64,000 bases of DNA, taken from NCBI GenBank assembly GCA_016177405.1, contig JACOVG010000024.1, positions 71,079-135,078 of the forward strand. The letters are read 5' to 3'. The first letter of the stretch is position 1. Each line of letters begins with the position of its first letter. This document shows positions 6,702 through 15,622 of this stretch, one piece after another. The position numbers were made by a program, and so were the translations under genes. The notes under the pieces are model-generated. The model saw nothing but the letters and a program-made list of their open reading frames with translations. It was not told the DNA's origin and did not search any database. This DNA is from Candidatus Omnitrophota bacterium. GTDB lineage: Bacteria > Omnitrophota > Gorgyraeia > 1-14-0-20-64-10.

Positions 6702-9005
6702 ATGAAAAGTCTCCTTTGGGGTCTAACCCTCATGGCCTTCTCAAGCTCTTCCGTGAGTTCTGGAACTTCCGAATTCTTAAGCAGCGTTCTTCGGCCCATG
6801 GTGGAGAAGAAGATCGAGACTGGTCTCGAAGAGGCCTTGGGCGGCGAGCCAGACAACCCCTCCTCCGAATGGAGGGGAACGCGGCGCCGATTTCTTAACG
6901 AGGCAGCCCGACGCTTTGCAGGCGTCACAGCGGCGGGCTTAATGACTCTGAAAGGAGGGGTCCAGGCCGAATCGGTTCCCCTCCCCTCTGCGCCACCGCC
7001 CTCTCCCAAACCGGCCCCGCCGGCCGAAGCCAGCGCCGCCGAGTGGCAAGAGCGGTACGCCGGGCTTTTCGACGTCTGGGGCGACCTGTACGACGCGGCC
7101 GACCAGTTCCTGGACGCCGTCCAGTTGAGGCGCTACGGCCTTGTCCTCTTGGACAAGACCAAGGACCTGGAGGATTGGGAGGCCCTCCTGGCCGGCGCGG
7201 TCGCCAGCTACAAGGAAAAGATCCGGTGGACCGTCTTGGCCAGGCCAGCGTTTTCGCCGGAGTTTCGAGCCCGCTTCGTCCGGCTGATCCGACGGCTTGA
7301 AGAGGAGGCGCGCCCGCAGGTGGTGGATGAGCGGTTTTTGCCTGGCAAGATGCGGGAGATCCTCCGGTCGGAAAAGATGCGGCAGTGGGCCTGGTCCCAG
7401 GGGCAGGCGGCCGGGAAGCCGTGGGATGCCTATTGGGCGAGCGAGCCCGGCTTTTGCGCCCTCTTCCTGGGTTCGAGCGGCGAGGTCCTGGAAACCAAAG
7501 AGGATCTGCTGGCTTTCCTGGACGACGTCTTAAAGGAAAACGACAAGGCCATTCTTTCCGCCGCTCTTTCAGACTGGGAGATCCACTTCAGGGCGGTTCA
7601 GATGAGGTCGGAGAAGGAGGGGCGGCCCACCCCTGGCTATGTCAGGGCTCTTCTGGAGGATGAGCCGAGGCGCCGGCGGTTTGTCCTTGCCCTCTTCGAG
7701 ATCTTTTACGACCTGGGTCATAACTCAAGCGAGGTCTTCCAGCTCAATACCCTGCGGACGGCCCGACACCTTCGGACGCGGCTGGCAAGCCCCAGCTATC
7801 TTCCCGCTGAAGAAAAGATTACCCTCTTTACGACCCCGCCGGAGGCCCTGCAGGTTGTTTTGGGAAGACTGCCCGTTCTCTGCGAGATGGTGAGCAGGGG
7901 GATCGTCTCAGGCCAGGAGGCCTCCAGGCGGCTTGGGCCCCTCTTGCGGCATCCCGTGGCGGCGGCCCAGGAGCTGGAGGAGCCCCTTTCAGCTCTTTTG
8001 GATTGGGCCGCGAGCCGAAGAGAGGCAACGGCCGATGTCAGGAAGGCCCTGGAGACGCTTGCCGCGCGCCTGAAACCGAGGGGCTTCCATGTGGAGCCCC
8101 TTTTCGTCACCGATCCCGGCTTCCTCTACCCCAGGGTCCCCAGCGCGGTCTGGTCGGGGCTGATCACCAGGATCGTTTATGAGGGGATGCTGGACAATCG
8201 GAAAATCCTGGTGGTGCACAACCTCTATGGCTATAACCCTTATGTCCTGGTGGGAGGTTATTCCTTCTCCGCCCGGAGGCAAGCGGTGATTTTTCTCCAT
8301 CGCTACATTACCGTCAACCGCGCCTTTCAAGAAGGACTGGGGGGTGAGCGGATCCCTTACCGGATCTCGACGCGCGTGGGGGACGCCTCCACCACAAGAA
8401 GGTTTCGCGATTGGGAGACGAGCATCCTGCGGCAGGCGGTGGGAGAAAACCCGGAGCTTCTGGATGAGAAGAAACGCCTTTGGGCCGTCGCGCTGGATGC
8501 CCTTCTTCACGAATGGGTTCATGCCTGGGGAGCAGGCGGCGGCGAATACCTTCCCTACGCGGTCGTGATGGGTTTTGGGCGGGCGCCTCTTTTGTATCTG
8601 GCCGAGATCGCGCCAGGGCATCTGCTGCCGGACAGGGGAGAGCGAGAAAGAAGCGCCAAGGAAGGTGCCGGCGGAATCTGGAAGGCTCTGGGAGCCGATC
8701 CTGCCCAGCCGCCCCTGGAGCAGATCCTGGCCACCCGCCCCACAGAGGCCCAGCTCCGAAGGCGTTTTTCGGAGCAGCTTGGCATTGATGATCCGGTTCT
8801 CATGCAGCGCCTGGTTGCACTGCGGGAAGAGTGGGAGGCCCTTTATCGCGCGCTGCTGAAGCAGGAGTTTAAGGTGCCCCCTCCGGAGGCAGCCGCGCCC
8901 TCGTCGGAGACAGTCCCGGCTGCCCAGGGCGGGCTGGAGGAGGCCTCCGAAAAGGGGTTGGAAGAAAGGATCCGAAGGGCGCCCGAGCTGGAACAAGGGG
9001 TTTGA
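6702..9005 (+). CDS. secreted hypothetical protein with a Tat-type signal (RRRFLNEAARRF...VQA) and an HExxH motif (LHEWVHAWG); carries GLEE motifs near both termini
   Basis: Long ORF preceded by an AT-rich promoter region. Twin-arginine motif at aa 61-66 followed by an h-region and an AxA site. The true start may be the internal ATG at 6798. Single HEWVH near aa 590. A Pro-rich linker follows the signal. Confidence 0.55.
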   Translation: MKSLLWGLTLMAFSSSSVSSGTSEFLSSVLRPMVEKKIETGLEEALGGEPDNPSSEWRGTRRRFLNEAARRFAGVTAAGLMTLKGGVQAESVPLPSAPPPSPKPAPPAEASAAEWQERYAGLFDVWGDLYDAADQFLDAVQLRRYGLVLLDKTKDLEDWEALLAGAVASYKEKIRWTVLARPAFSPEFRARFVRLIRRLEEEARPQVVDERFLPGKMREILRSEKMRQWAWSQGQAAGKPWDAYWASEPGFCALFLGSSGEVLETKEDLLAFLDDVLKENDKAILSAALSDWEIHFRAVQMRSEKEGRPTPGYVRALLEDEPRRRRFVLALFEIFYDLGHNSSEVFQLNTLRTARHLRTRLASPSYLPAEEKITLFTTPPEALQVVLGRLPVLCEMVSRGIVSGQEASRRLGPLLRHPVAAAQELEEPLSALLDWAASRREATADVRKALETLAARLKPRGFHVEPLFVTDPGFLYPRVPSAVWSGLITRIVYEGMLDNRKILVVHNLYGYNPYVLVGGYSFSARRQAVIFLHRYITVNRAFQEGLGGERIPYRISTRVGDASTTRRFRDWETSILRQAVGENPELLDEKKRLWAVALDALLHEWVHAWGAGGGEYLPYAVVMGFGRAPLLYLAEIAPGHLLPDRGERERSAKEGAGGIWKALGADPAQPPLEQILATRPTEAQLRRRFSEQLGIDDPVLMQRLVALREEWEALYRALLKQEFKVPPPEAAAPSSETVPAAQGGLEEASEKGLEERIRRAPELEQGV

Positions 9006-9023
9006 CTTCGAGGAGGGGCGGGG

Positions 9024-9052
9024 TTGACTTGGCCGCCGGGCTTCGATAATCT
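9024..9052 (+). promoter_or_regulatory. candidate sigma70 promoter (TTGACT-17-TAATCT) for the downstream transglutaminase-like gene
   Basis: TTGACT at 9024-9029, a 17-nt spacer, TAATCT at 9047-9052, and ATG at 9065. Confidence 0.35.
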
Positions 9053-9064
9053 ATCCCTTCACGC

Positions 9065-9916
9065 ATGTCCCCATCCCACTCCGATCTTAGAGCTCTCATT
9101 GACCTGCTGGCCGACGACCACGCCGAGATCGTGGAGGTGGCGCGGCTGAAGCTGGTGGAGCAGGCCGCCGAGGCCTTGCCCCTCTTAAAGGAGGCCGTCC
9201 GGTCCCATGCCGACCCCAAGGTGCGGGTGGAGGCCCAGGGGGTTTTGGAGCGGATCCGGCTGGCCGACGTCGGTTCGCAGTGGAAGCAGACGGCCCATCG
9301 GCCGGATGAGAAGCTGGACTTGGAGGAGAGCATCTTTCTGCTGGCCAAGGTTTCTTATCCGGAGGTGGACGCCCCCGCGTACCAGAAACGGCTGGATGAT
9401 CTGGCCCAGCGCGTCTTGCCCCTCTTGAAGGACGACCAGAGCCTGAAGCAAAAGCTCGCCTCCATCAACCGGGTTCTGTTCAGGGACGAGAAGTTCCGCG
9501 GCAACGAGGAGGATTACTTCGACCCGCAGAACAGCTACTTAAACCGGGTGCTGGACCGAAAGCTCGGGATACCCATATCGCTTTCCATCCTGTACCTCTT
9601 GGTGGCCAAGCGGCTGAAGCTGCCGGTGCAGGGGGTGGGTCTTCCGGGCCACTTCATGGTGAAGCTCAAGGACGCGCGCGGCGAGGTTTACGTGGACCCC
9701 TTTCAGGCCGGCTGCTTCCTGACCCGGCCCGAGTGCGTGCTGTCTCTCGTGGAGGCCGGCTACCCCTACCAGCCGGAATTCCTGGATGGGGTGGGGCCCA
9801 GGGAGATTCTGGCCAGGATGCTGCGCAACCTCATCCTGATCTACGTGGACCGGCACGAGCAGACCCTGGAGCGCACCCTCACCCGCTTCCTGGACGAGCT
9901 GTACCCTTCCTCTTAA
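9065..9916 (+). CDS. SirB1/YchA-like transglutaminase-like family protein (UPF0162) with N-terminal HEAT-like region
   Basis: C-terminal ISLSILYLLVAKRLKLPVQGVGLPGHFMVK and a YVDPF core are typical of the transglutaminase-like/TPR family. Confidence 0.55.
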   Translation: MSPSHSDLRALIDLLADDHAEIVEVARLKLVEQAAEALPLLKEAVRSHADPKVRVEAQGVLERIRLADVGSQWKQTAHRPDEKLDLEESIFLLAKVSYPEVDAPAYQKRLDDLAQRVLPLLKDDQSLKQKLASINRVLFRDEKFRGNEEDYFDPQNSYLNRVLDRKLGIPISLSILYLLVAKRLKLPVQGVGLPGHFMVKLKDARGEVYVDPFQAGCFLTRPECVLSLVEAGYPYQPEFLDGVGPREILARMLRNLILIYVDRHEQTLERTLTRFLDELYPSS

Positions 9917-9917
9917 G

Positions 9918-10748
9918 ATGCTCCTTCGCATCGGCCACAGCCCGGACCCGGACGACGCCTTCCTCTTTTACGCCATGACCCAGGGGAAGATCCCCCTGGA
10001 CGGGATCCGGGTGACGCACGTGATGGAGGGCATTGAGGCGCTGAACCAGCGGGCCTTTTCCGGGGAGCTGGAGATGACCGCCATATCGCTGGCGGCTTAC
10101 CCTTACTGCGCCGATCGCTACCTTCTGCTGACCGGAGGGGCCAGCATCGGCGAGGGGTACGGCCCGGTGGTGGTTGCCAGGCAGCCGATGACGCGCCAGC
10201 AGATCGCGAATGTCCGGGTGGCGATCCCGGGGCAGTTCACCACGGCGAACTTGCTGCTTCGGATGGCCTTTGGGTCCTTGGAGACGGAGATTCTTCCGTT
10301 CGATCGGATTCTCCCTGCCGTGGCGGAGGGGCGCTCGGAGGCCGGCGTGCTGATCCACGAGGGACAGCTCACCTACGAGGCCTCCGGCCTGAAGAAGATC
10401 CTGGACCTAGGCGAGTGGTGGCGGGATCAAACCGGCCTGCCGGTTCCCCTGGGGGTCAACGTGATCCGCAGGGATTTGGGCCCGGGAAATCTCCGGCGGG
10501 CGGCGGGGCTTTTCAAGGAAAGCCTGGATTATGCCATGGCCCACCGCCCGGAGGCCTTGGCTTACGCGCAGGCCTTCGCGCGGGGCCTCGCGCCTTCCTT
10601 GACCGACCGGTTCGTCGGGATGTACGTCAACCACTTGAGCTTGGACTGCAGGCCCCGGGGGGAGCAGGCGATGCAGCTTATGCTGGACCGGGCGGCCGAT
10701 GCCGGCTTGACCCCGCGGCGGGTGCCGGTGCAATTCGTGGAGAGCTAG
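9918..10748 (+). CDS. mqnD: MqnA/MqnD-family protein of the futalosine menaquinone pathway, probably the 1,4-dihydroxy-6-naphthoate synthase MqnD
   Basis: The N-terminal LRIGHSPDPDDAFLFYAM matches the SPCPND(T/A)F signature of the MqnA/MqnD periplasmic-binding-protein-like fold. Length 276 aa. Confidence 0.5.
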   Translation: MLLRIGHSPDPDDAFLFYAMTQGKIPLDGIRVTHVMEGIEALNQRAFSGELEMTAISLAAYPYCADRYLLLTGGASIGEGYGPVVVARQPMTRQQIANVRVAIPGQFTTANLLLRMAFGSLETEILPFDRILPAVAEGRSEAGVLIHEGQLTYEASGLKKILDLGEWWRDQTGLPVPLGVNVIRRDLGPGNLRRAAGLFKESLDYAMAHRPEALAYAQAFARGLAPSLTDRFVGMYVNHLSLDCRPRGEQAMQLMLDRAADAGLTPRRVPVQFVES

Positions 10749-11480
10749 ATGGAACTTGAAGGCAAAGTTGCCCTGGTGACCGGCGGGGCCAAAAGGGTCG
10801 GCCGGGAGATCGCCCTGGGGCTGGCCGGCGCCGGAGCCCAGGTCGCGATCACCTACCGGACCTCTGTTTCCGACGCGAGGGAGACCCTCCGGAAGATTCG
10901 CGGCCTCGGCGTAAAGGGTTTGGCCCTTCGGGTGGATCAGAGGAGTGGGCGCGAGGTCCGGCAGGCGGTCCGAAGGGTCGAAAAGGATTTCGGCCGGCTG
11001 GACATTCTGGTCAACAGCGCTTCCTCCTTTTATCCGACTCCGCTCTCCAGGGTTTCGGAGGCGCAGTGGGAGGAGATGATCGGAGCCAACCTCACCGGGC
11101 CCTGGCGCTTTGCCCAGGCGGCGGCGGCCGGAATGCTGCGGCGGCGCTTGGGCAGGATCATCAACATCGCGGATGTCTCTTACGAGTCTCCGTGGAGCGA
11201 CTACCTTCCTTACTGCGCGGCCAAGGGAGGGCTGGTCACCTTGACCCTGGGGCTGGCCAAGGCGCTGGCGCCTCACGTTCAAGCGAACGTGATCGCTCCC
11301 GGGCCCATCCTTTTTCCGCCTGGCCTGGCCCCGAGGGAGCGCCGGCGGGCCCTGGATCGGACCTTGCTCAAGCGCCCGGGCGGCCCCCGGGAGATTGCCG
11401 AAGCGGTTCTGTACCTGGCCAAATCCGATTTTGTGACCGGCGTGGTTTTGCCGGTGGACGGAGGGCGGCGCCTTGCCTAA
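10749..11480 (+). CDS. short-chain dehydrogenase/reductase, pteridine-reductase-like
   Basis: The VALVTGGAKRVGREIA Rossmann motif, NSASSFYPTP and a YCAAK catalytic Tyr-x3-Lys. Confidence 0.75.
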   Translation: MELEGKVALVTGGAKRVGREIALGLAGAGAQVAITYRTSVSDARETLRKIRGLGVKGLALRVDQRSGREVRQAVRRVEKDFGRLDILVNSASSFYPTPLSRVSEAQWEEMIGANLTGPWRFAQAAAAGMLRRRLGRIINIADVSYESPWSDYLPYCAAKGGLVTLTLGLAKALAPHVQANVIAPGPILFPPGLAPRERRRALDRTLLKRPGGPREIAEAVLYLAKSDFVTGVVLPVDGGRRLA

Positions 11481-11889
11481 CGACACACCGCTGGATGTGG
11501 CGGTGGCGGTGATCGAGCGAGACGGGCAGTATCTCATCAGCCAGCGTCTGGCGAACGATTCCTTCGGCGGTCACTGGGAATTCCCCGGGGGCAAGCTCCT
11601 GCCGGGGGAGCAGGTCGAGGCGTGCCTGGTTCGGGAGATCCAGGAAGAGCTGGGGCTGGCGATCACGGTCAGGCACAAGCTCATGGTGATTGACCACCGC
11701 TATCCCCAGCGGGCCCTGCGGCTGCATTGTTTCTTGTGCGGGGTGGTGGGCGGCGAGCCGCAAACGATCGAGTGCGCGGCTTGGCGCTGGGTGGCCCCCA
11801 GCGAGCTGGGCCGCTACCGGTTCCCGCCGGCCAGCGGGCCGATCATTCAGAGATTGCTCGATGAGGATACCCGGAATGCGCGAGTCTGA
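11473..11889 (+). CDS. NUDIX hydrolase (MutT-like)
   Basis: Nudix box GGKLLPGEQVEACLVREIQEELGL. Length 138 aa, TTG start. Confidence 0.75.
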   Translation: MPNDTPLDVAVAVIERDGQYLISQRLANDSFGGHWEFPGGKLLPGEQVEACLVREIQEELGLAITVRHKLMVIDHRYPQRALRLHCFLCGVVGGEPQTIECAAWRWVAPSELGRYRFPPASGPIIQRLLDEDTRNARV

Positions 11890-12694
11890 TTCCTCCGCCT
11901 GCCTGGCGGCGGCGGTTGAGGCGGCCCAGGCCGGCGGCAAGATCCTGCTGGCCCGGCTGGGCAAGCTTTCGGCCTCGGAGGTGAATCGCAAGGGGGCGAC
12001 CGACTGGGTGACGGCGGCGGATCACGCCTCCGAAGCGGTGATCCTGCGGATTTTGAAGAAGGCCTTTCCGGATCACTCCGTCAAGGCCGAGGAGTCCTCG
12101 CCGGGGGAATCGGCTGCCGCCTTCCAGTGGCTGGTGGACCCGCTGGATGGAACCTCCAACTACATCCACAGCTTCCCGGCCTTCTGCGTGTCGATTGCCC
12201 TCGCGAAAGAGGGAAAGCTGGAAGCGGGCGTTGTCTTTGACCCTCTGCGGCGGGAGCTCTTCACCGCGAGGCGCGGCCGCGGGGCTTACCTCAACGGCCG
12301 GCGAATCCATGTTTCCAAGAGGCGCAGGCTCTCCGAAACCCTGCTGGCGACCGGCTTCCCTGTGAAGGGGAAGGAAAGGATCGATCTTTACCTGGCCAGC
12401 TTCCGGCGGATCTTTCTTAAAACTGGGGTCATCCGCCGGGCCGGATCGGCGGCGCTGGATTTGGCTTACACCGCCTGCGGCCGAGCCGACGGCTTCTGGG
12501 AGATGTGCCTGGCGCCCTGGGACATGGCGGCAGGCGCCTTGCTGGTCACCGAGGCCGGCGGCAGGGTGAGCGATTTCTTCGGGGGCGGCCGATACCTCGA
12601 AAGCGGCAATATCACCGCCGGCAACGCGGCCATTCACCCGCAGCTGGTGAAAATTCTCGCCCCTCTGTTTAGATCCTCGCTTGCGCGAGGATGA
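11876..12694 (+). CDS. suhB: inositol monophosphatase family protein (SuhB-like)
   Basis: WLVDPLDGTSNY and AAGALLVTEAGG motifs. The true start is an internal ATG (MRESDSS...) of the listed ORF 11690..12694. The last codons and the stop are encoded by a REP hairpin. Confidence 0.8.
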   Translation: MRESDSSACLAAAVEAAQAGGKILLARLGKLSASEVNRKGATDWVTAADHASEAVILRILKKAFPDHSVKAEESSPGESAAAFQWLVDPLDGTSNYIHSFPAFCVSIALAKEGKLEAGVVFDPLRRELFTARRGRGAYLNGRRIHVSKRRRLSETLLATGFPVKGKERIDLYLASFRRIFLKTGVIRRAGSAALDLAYTACGRADGFWEMCLAPWDMAAGALLVTEAGGRVSDFFGGGRYLESGNITAGNAAIHPQLVKILAPLFRSSLARG

Positions 12695-12695
12695 C
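12672..12695. repeat. REP-like hairpin (gatcctcgc-ttgc-gcgaggatgac) overlapping the suhB stop codon; possible terminator
   Basis: Perfect 8-bp stem. Same GTCATCC/GGATGAC-flanked family as the 3427 and 55097 copies. The TGA of suhB lies inside the 3' arm. Confidence 0.55.
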
Positions 12696-12711
12696 AGGGT
12701 GTTTCTTCCGG

Positions 12712-13329
12712 CTAAAGCTTCCCGACCTGATACGAAGAGCGAATGCCGAACCAAACGGCCAAGACCCCAACGCCGATGGCCATCCCCAGAGCCGGAAAGC
12801 TCATCGCTCCATAATGGGACGGGGCGAGCATCGCGAAGAGCATCGGGCCCGACAAGAAGGTGTTGACCCGCGAGGTCAAGGCGGCCAGCTTGCGAAGCTT
12901 GGGGGCTTCCTCCGGCGAGGCCTTTCCGGTCAAGAGCTTCTTTTGGATGGGCCAGATGATGAACCAGACGTTGAACCACATGACTGTCCCCAGGAGCATC
13001 CCAAAGAGGATCCACATGGCCCGCTGGGTCATCCGGCTGGTTTCCATGAGGAGGCTGGTCGCCCCCAGGCCCACTCCCGGGGTGTAGAAGTAGGTCAGCA
13101 CAAAGAGGGCCAACCCCGCGAGGAAGGTGACCATGGCTCCCCACCGGAACCACCAGAGGGCGCGGGGCATGAGCTGGGGATTGACCGCCTTCTTGGCGGC
13201 GTCGTCCAGCGAGCCCTGCAGGGGGACGTTGACGAGGTTGAAGAAATAGAGGTGGCCGATCCAGGTAATGCCGGCAATCACGTGCAGCCACCGGACGATC
13301 AGATGGACGTTGCTGTAAAGATCGGGCAT
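12712..13329 (-). CDS. integral membrane protein, CopD-like / DUF-type, 5-6 TM
   Basis: 205 aa hydrophobic protein with HVIAGITWIGHLYFF, resembling the CopD-family HxxxGxxWxG helix. It is the only convincing minus-strand gene in this region. Confidence 0.45.
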   Translation of the reverse strand: MPDLYSNVHLIVRWLHVIAGITWIGHLYFFNLVNVPLQGSLDDAAKKAVNPQLMPRALWWFRWGAMVTFLAGLALFVLTYFYTPGVGLGATSLLMETSRMTQRAMWILFGMLLGTVMWFNVWFIIWPIQKKLLTGKASPEEAPKLRKLAALTSRVNTFLSGPMLFAMLAPSHYGAMSFPALGMAIGVGVLAVWFGIRSSYQVGKL

Positions 13330-13343
13330 CGCTAACCTCCTTA

Positions 13344-13373
13344 TTGGTATAGGGCGACCTCTACCATTATAAT
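13344..13373 (+). promoter_or_regulatory. candidate promoter TTGGTA-18-TATAAT for trxB (near-leaderless transcript)
   Basis: TTGGTA at 13344-13349 and TATAAT at 13368-13373. The trxB ATG is at 13386. Confidence 0.35.
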
Positions 13374-13385
13374 GGATAGACTACA

Positions 13386-14318
13386 ATGACGGGCATTGAG
13401 AATGTGATCATCCTGGGCTCCGGCTGTGCCGGCTTGACCGCCGCCGTCTACGCGGCCCGGGCCAACCTGAACCCCCTGCTGGTCGAGGGCTCCTCCCCCG
13501 GAGGGCAGTTGGCCCTCACGACCGAGGTGGAGAATTATCCCGGTTTCCCGGAGGGGATCCAGGGGCCGGAGCTGATGGAGCGGATGAAGAAACAGGCCGC
13601 CCGCTTCGGCACCCGGTTTGTGGCCGGCGATGTGACGAGGATTGACGTGAAAGCGCGCCCCTTCACCGTGGAGGTGGAGGATAAATCTTATCAAGCCCGG
13701 TCGCTGATCGTGGCCACCGGCGCCAACGCCAAATACATAGGGTTGCCTTCCGAGAGGGCCCTTGTGGGGCACGGCGTCTCCGCCTGCGCCACCTGCGACG
13801 CCTTTTTCTTTAAGGGGAAAGAGGTCGTGGTGGTGGGGGGCGGCGACACCGCGATGGAGGAGGCGACCTTTCTCACGAAGTTCGCCTCCCAGGTGACGGT
13901 GGTCCACCGGCGGGACGCCCTAAGGGCCTCCAAGATCATGCAGGAGCGGGCCCGGGCCAACCCCAAGATTGCCTGGGTCTGGAATTCCGCGGTGGTGGAG
14001 ATCAAAGACCCAGCCAAAAAGCAGGTGACCTCGGTTCGGCTGAAGGATCTGGTCACCGGCGCCGAAAGGGATTTCCCCTGCCAGGGGATCTTTGTCGCCA
14101 TTGGCCACGAGCCATCCACCTCGTTTCTGAAAGGGCAGGTGGAGCTGGATCAGAAGGGGTACCTCGTTTTGAAGAAGGGGACCCAGACCTCGGTGGAGGG
14201 GGTCTTTGGCTGCGGGGACATTCACGACATCCGGTACAAGCAGGCGGTGACCGCCGCCGGCTGGGGCTGTATGGCGGCGATCGACTGCGAACGCTACCTG
14301 GAGGAACATCGCGAATGA
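13386..14318 (+). CDS. trxB: thioredoxin-disulfide reductase
   Basis: GSGCAGLTAA FAD motif, CATCDAFFF redox-active disulfide and a GGGDTAME NADPH motif. Confidence 0.9.
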   Translation: MTGIENVIILGSGCAGLTAAVYAARANLNPLLVEGSSPGGQLALTTEVENYPGFPEGIQGPELMERMKKQAARFGTRFVAGDVTRIDVKARPFTVEVEDKSYQARSLIVATGANAKYIGLPSERALVGHGVSACATCDAFFFKGKEVVVVGGGDTAMEEATFLTKFASQVTVVHRRDALRASKIMQERARANPKIAWVWNSAVVEIKDPAKKQVTSVRLKDLVTGAERDFPCQGIFVAIGHEPSTSFLKGQVELDQKGYLVLKKGTQTSVEGVFGCGDIHDIRYKQAVTAAGWGCMAAIDCERYLEEHRE

Positions 14319-15088
14319 CCGGGGCAACGGACTCCCTTTTTGACCTGACCGGAAAGACAGCCCTGGTGACCGGGGCCTCCCGCGGCATCGGCAAGGCCCT
14401 GGCGCTGGCCCTGGCCAAGGCCGGCTGTGATGTGGCGGTGAACGCCCGGGCGGCCGAATCGTTAAAGGGTACGGTTCAGGAGATCGAGAAACTTGGCCGG
14501 AAGGCCGTCGCCGCCGCCGGCGACGTCACCGATGAAAAGCAGGTGAAAGAATTCGTGGGGCTGGCGGTCAAGGCCCTGGGCCGGATCGACATTCTGGTGA
14601 ACAACGCCGGCGTTTGGGAGGGAACCTATTTCTTCCGGCTTCCCAAGGAGCAGTGGGACCACGTGATGAACGTGAACTTAAGCGGCGTCTTTCTGACGGC
14701 CAAAGCGGTGGGCCGCCTCATGCTGAAACAGCGAAGCGGCAAGATCATCAACATCTCCTCGGTGCTGGGCCTGCGCGGCAGCCCCGAGGCGATCGCCTAC
14801 TGCGCCTCCAAGGCCGGGGTGATCCAGATGACCCGGGTGATGGCGATCGAGCTGGGCCGGGCTGGCGTGCAGGTGAATTGTCTGGCGCCGGGGATGGTGG
14901 CCACCGATATGACCCGGCAATACACCGAAGACAAGAAGACCATCGAGGACTATCTTTCCCGGGTCCCGTCGGGGCGTTACGCCCAGCCGGAGGAGCTCTC
15001 CGGCGCGATTGTCTTCCTGGCTTCCAAGGCGGCCGATCACATGACCGGCCAGGTGCTGGTGATTGACGGCGGCGAGAGCCTGGTTTAA
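14315..15088 (+). CDS. SDR-family oxidoreductase (FabG/gluconate-5-dehydrogenase-like)
   Basis: TALVTGASRGIGKA, NNAG and YCASKAGV motifs. Confidence 0.8.
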   Translation: MTGATDSLFDLTGKTALVTGASRGIGKALALALAKAGCDVAVNARAAESLKGTVQEIEKLGRKAVAAAGDVTDEKQVKEFVGLAVKALGRIDILVNNAGVWEGTYFFRLPKEQWDHVMNVNLSGVFLTAKAVGRLMLKQRSGKIINISSVLGLRGSPEAIAYCASKAGVIQMTRVMAIELGRAGVQVNCLAPGMVATDMTRQYTEDKKTIEDYLSRVPSGRYAQPEELSGAIVFLASKAADHMTGQVLVIDGGESLV

Positions 15089-15100
15089 GGAGGAATTGTC

Positions 15101-15622
15101 ATGGCGAGCTTAAGCGGCAAGAAGGTGCTCGTGATCATCGCTTCCCAGAAGTTTCGGGATGAGGAATATCAGAAGCCCCGCGAGCTTCTGGAAAGGGAAG
15201 GGGCCGAGATCACCGTGGCCTCCTCCAGCTTGGCAGAGTCCACCGGCATGCTGGGGCTTAAGGTCAAGCCGGACATTCTTCTTTCAAGCGCCCGGATGGA
15301 GGCGTACGACGCCGTCGTCTTTGTGGGGGGCCTGGGCTCGACCGAATATTGGGAGAATCCCGCCGCCCACGCCCTGGCGAGAAAGGCGCTGGAATCCGGC
15401 AAACCCACCTCGGCCATTTGTCTGGCCCCCATGACCCTGGCCAATGCCGGACTCTTGAAGGGCAAGAAGGCCACCATCTGGAAGGACGCGGCCGGCGACT
15501 TCAAGACCAAAGGGGTGGTCTACACCGGCAAGCCGGTTGAGCAGGACGGCAAGCTCATCACCGGATCCGGCCCGGACGCGGCCGAGGCCTTCGGCCGCGC
15601 GCTGATAGAAGCCCTCCGCTGA
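15101..15622 (+). CDS. DJ-1/PfpI family protein
   Basis: 173 aa. The AICLAP nucleophile-elbow cysteine and the overall DJ-1/ThiJ pattern. Confidence 0.7.
   Translation: MASLSGKKVLVIIASQKFRDEEYQKPRELLEREGAEITVASSSLAESTGMLGLKVKPDILLSSARMEAYDAVVFVGGLGSTEYWENPAAHALARKALESGKPTSAICLAPMTLANAGLLKGKKATIWKDAAGDFKTKGVVYTGKPVEQDGKLITGSGPDAAEAFGRALIEALR

Noticed and set aside
10407-13291. Long minus-strand ORFs (10407..11537, 11368..11991, 11843..13291) across the SDR/NUDIX/suhB region
   Set aside because: Each overlaps + strand genes with clear family signatures. Their products are low-complexity Pro/Arg/Gly-rich.
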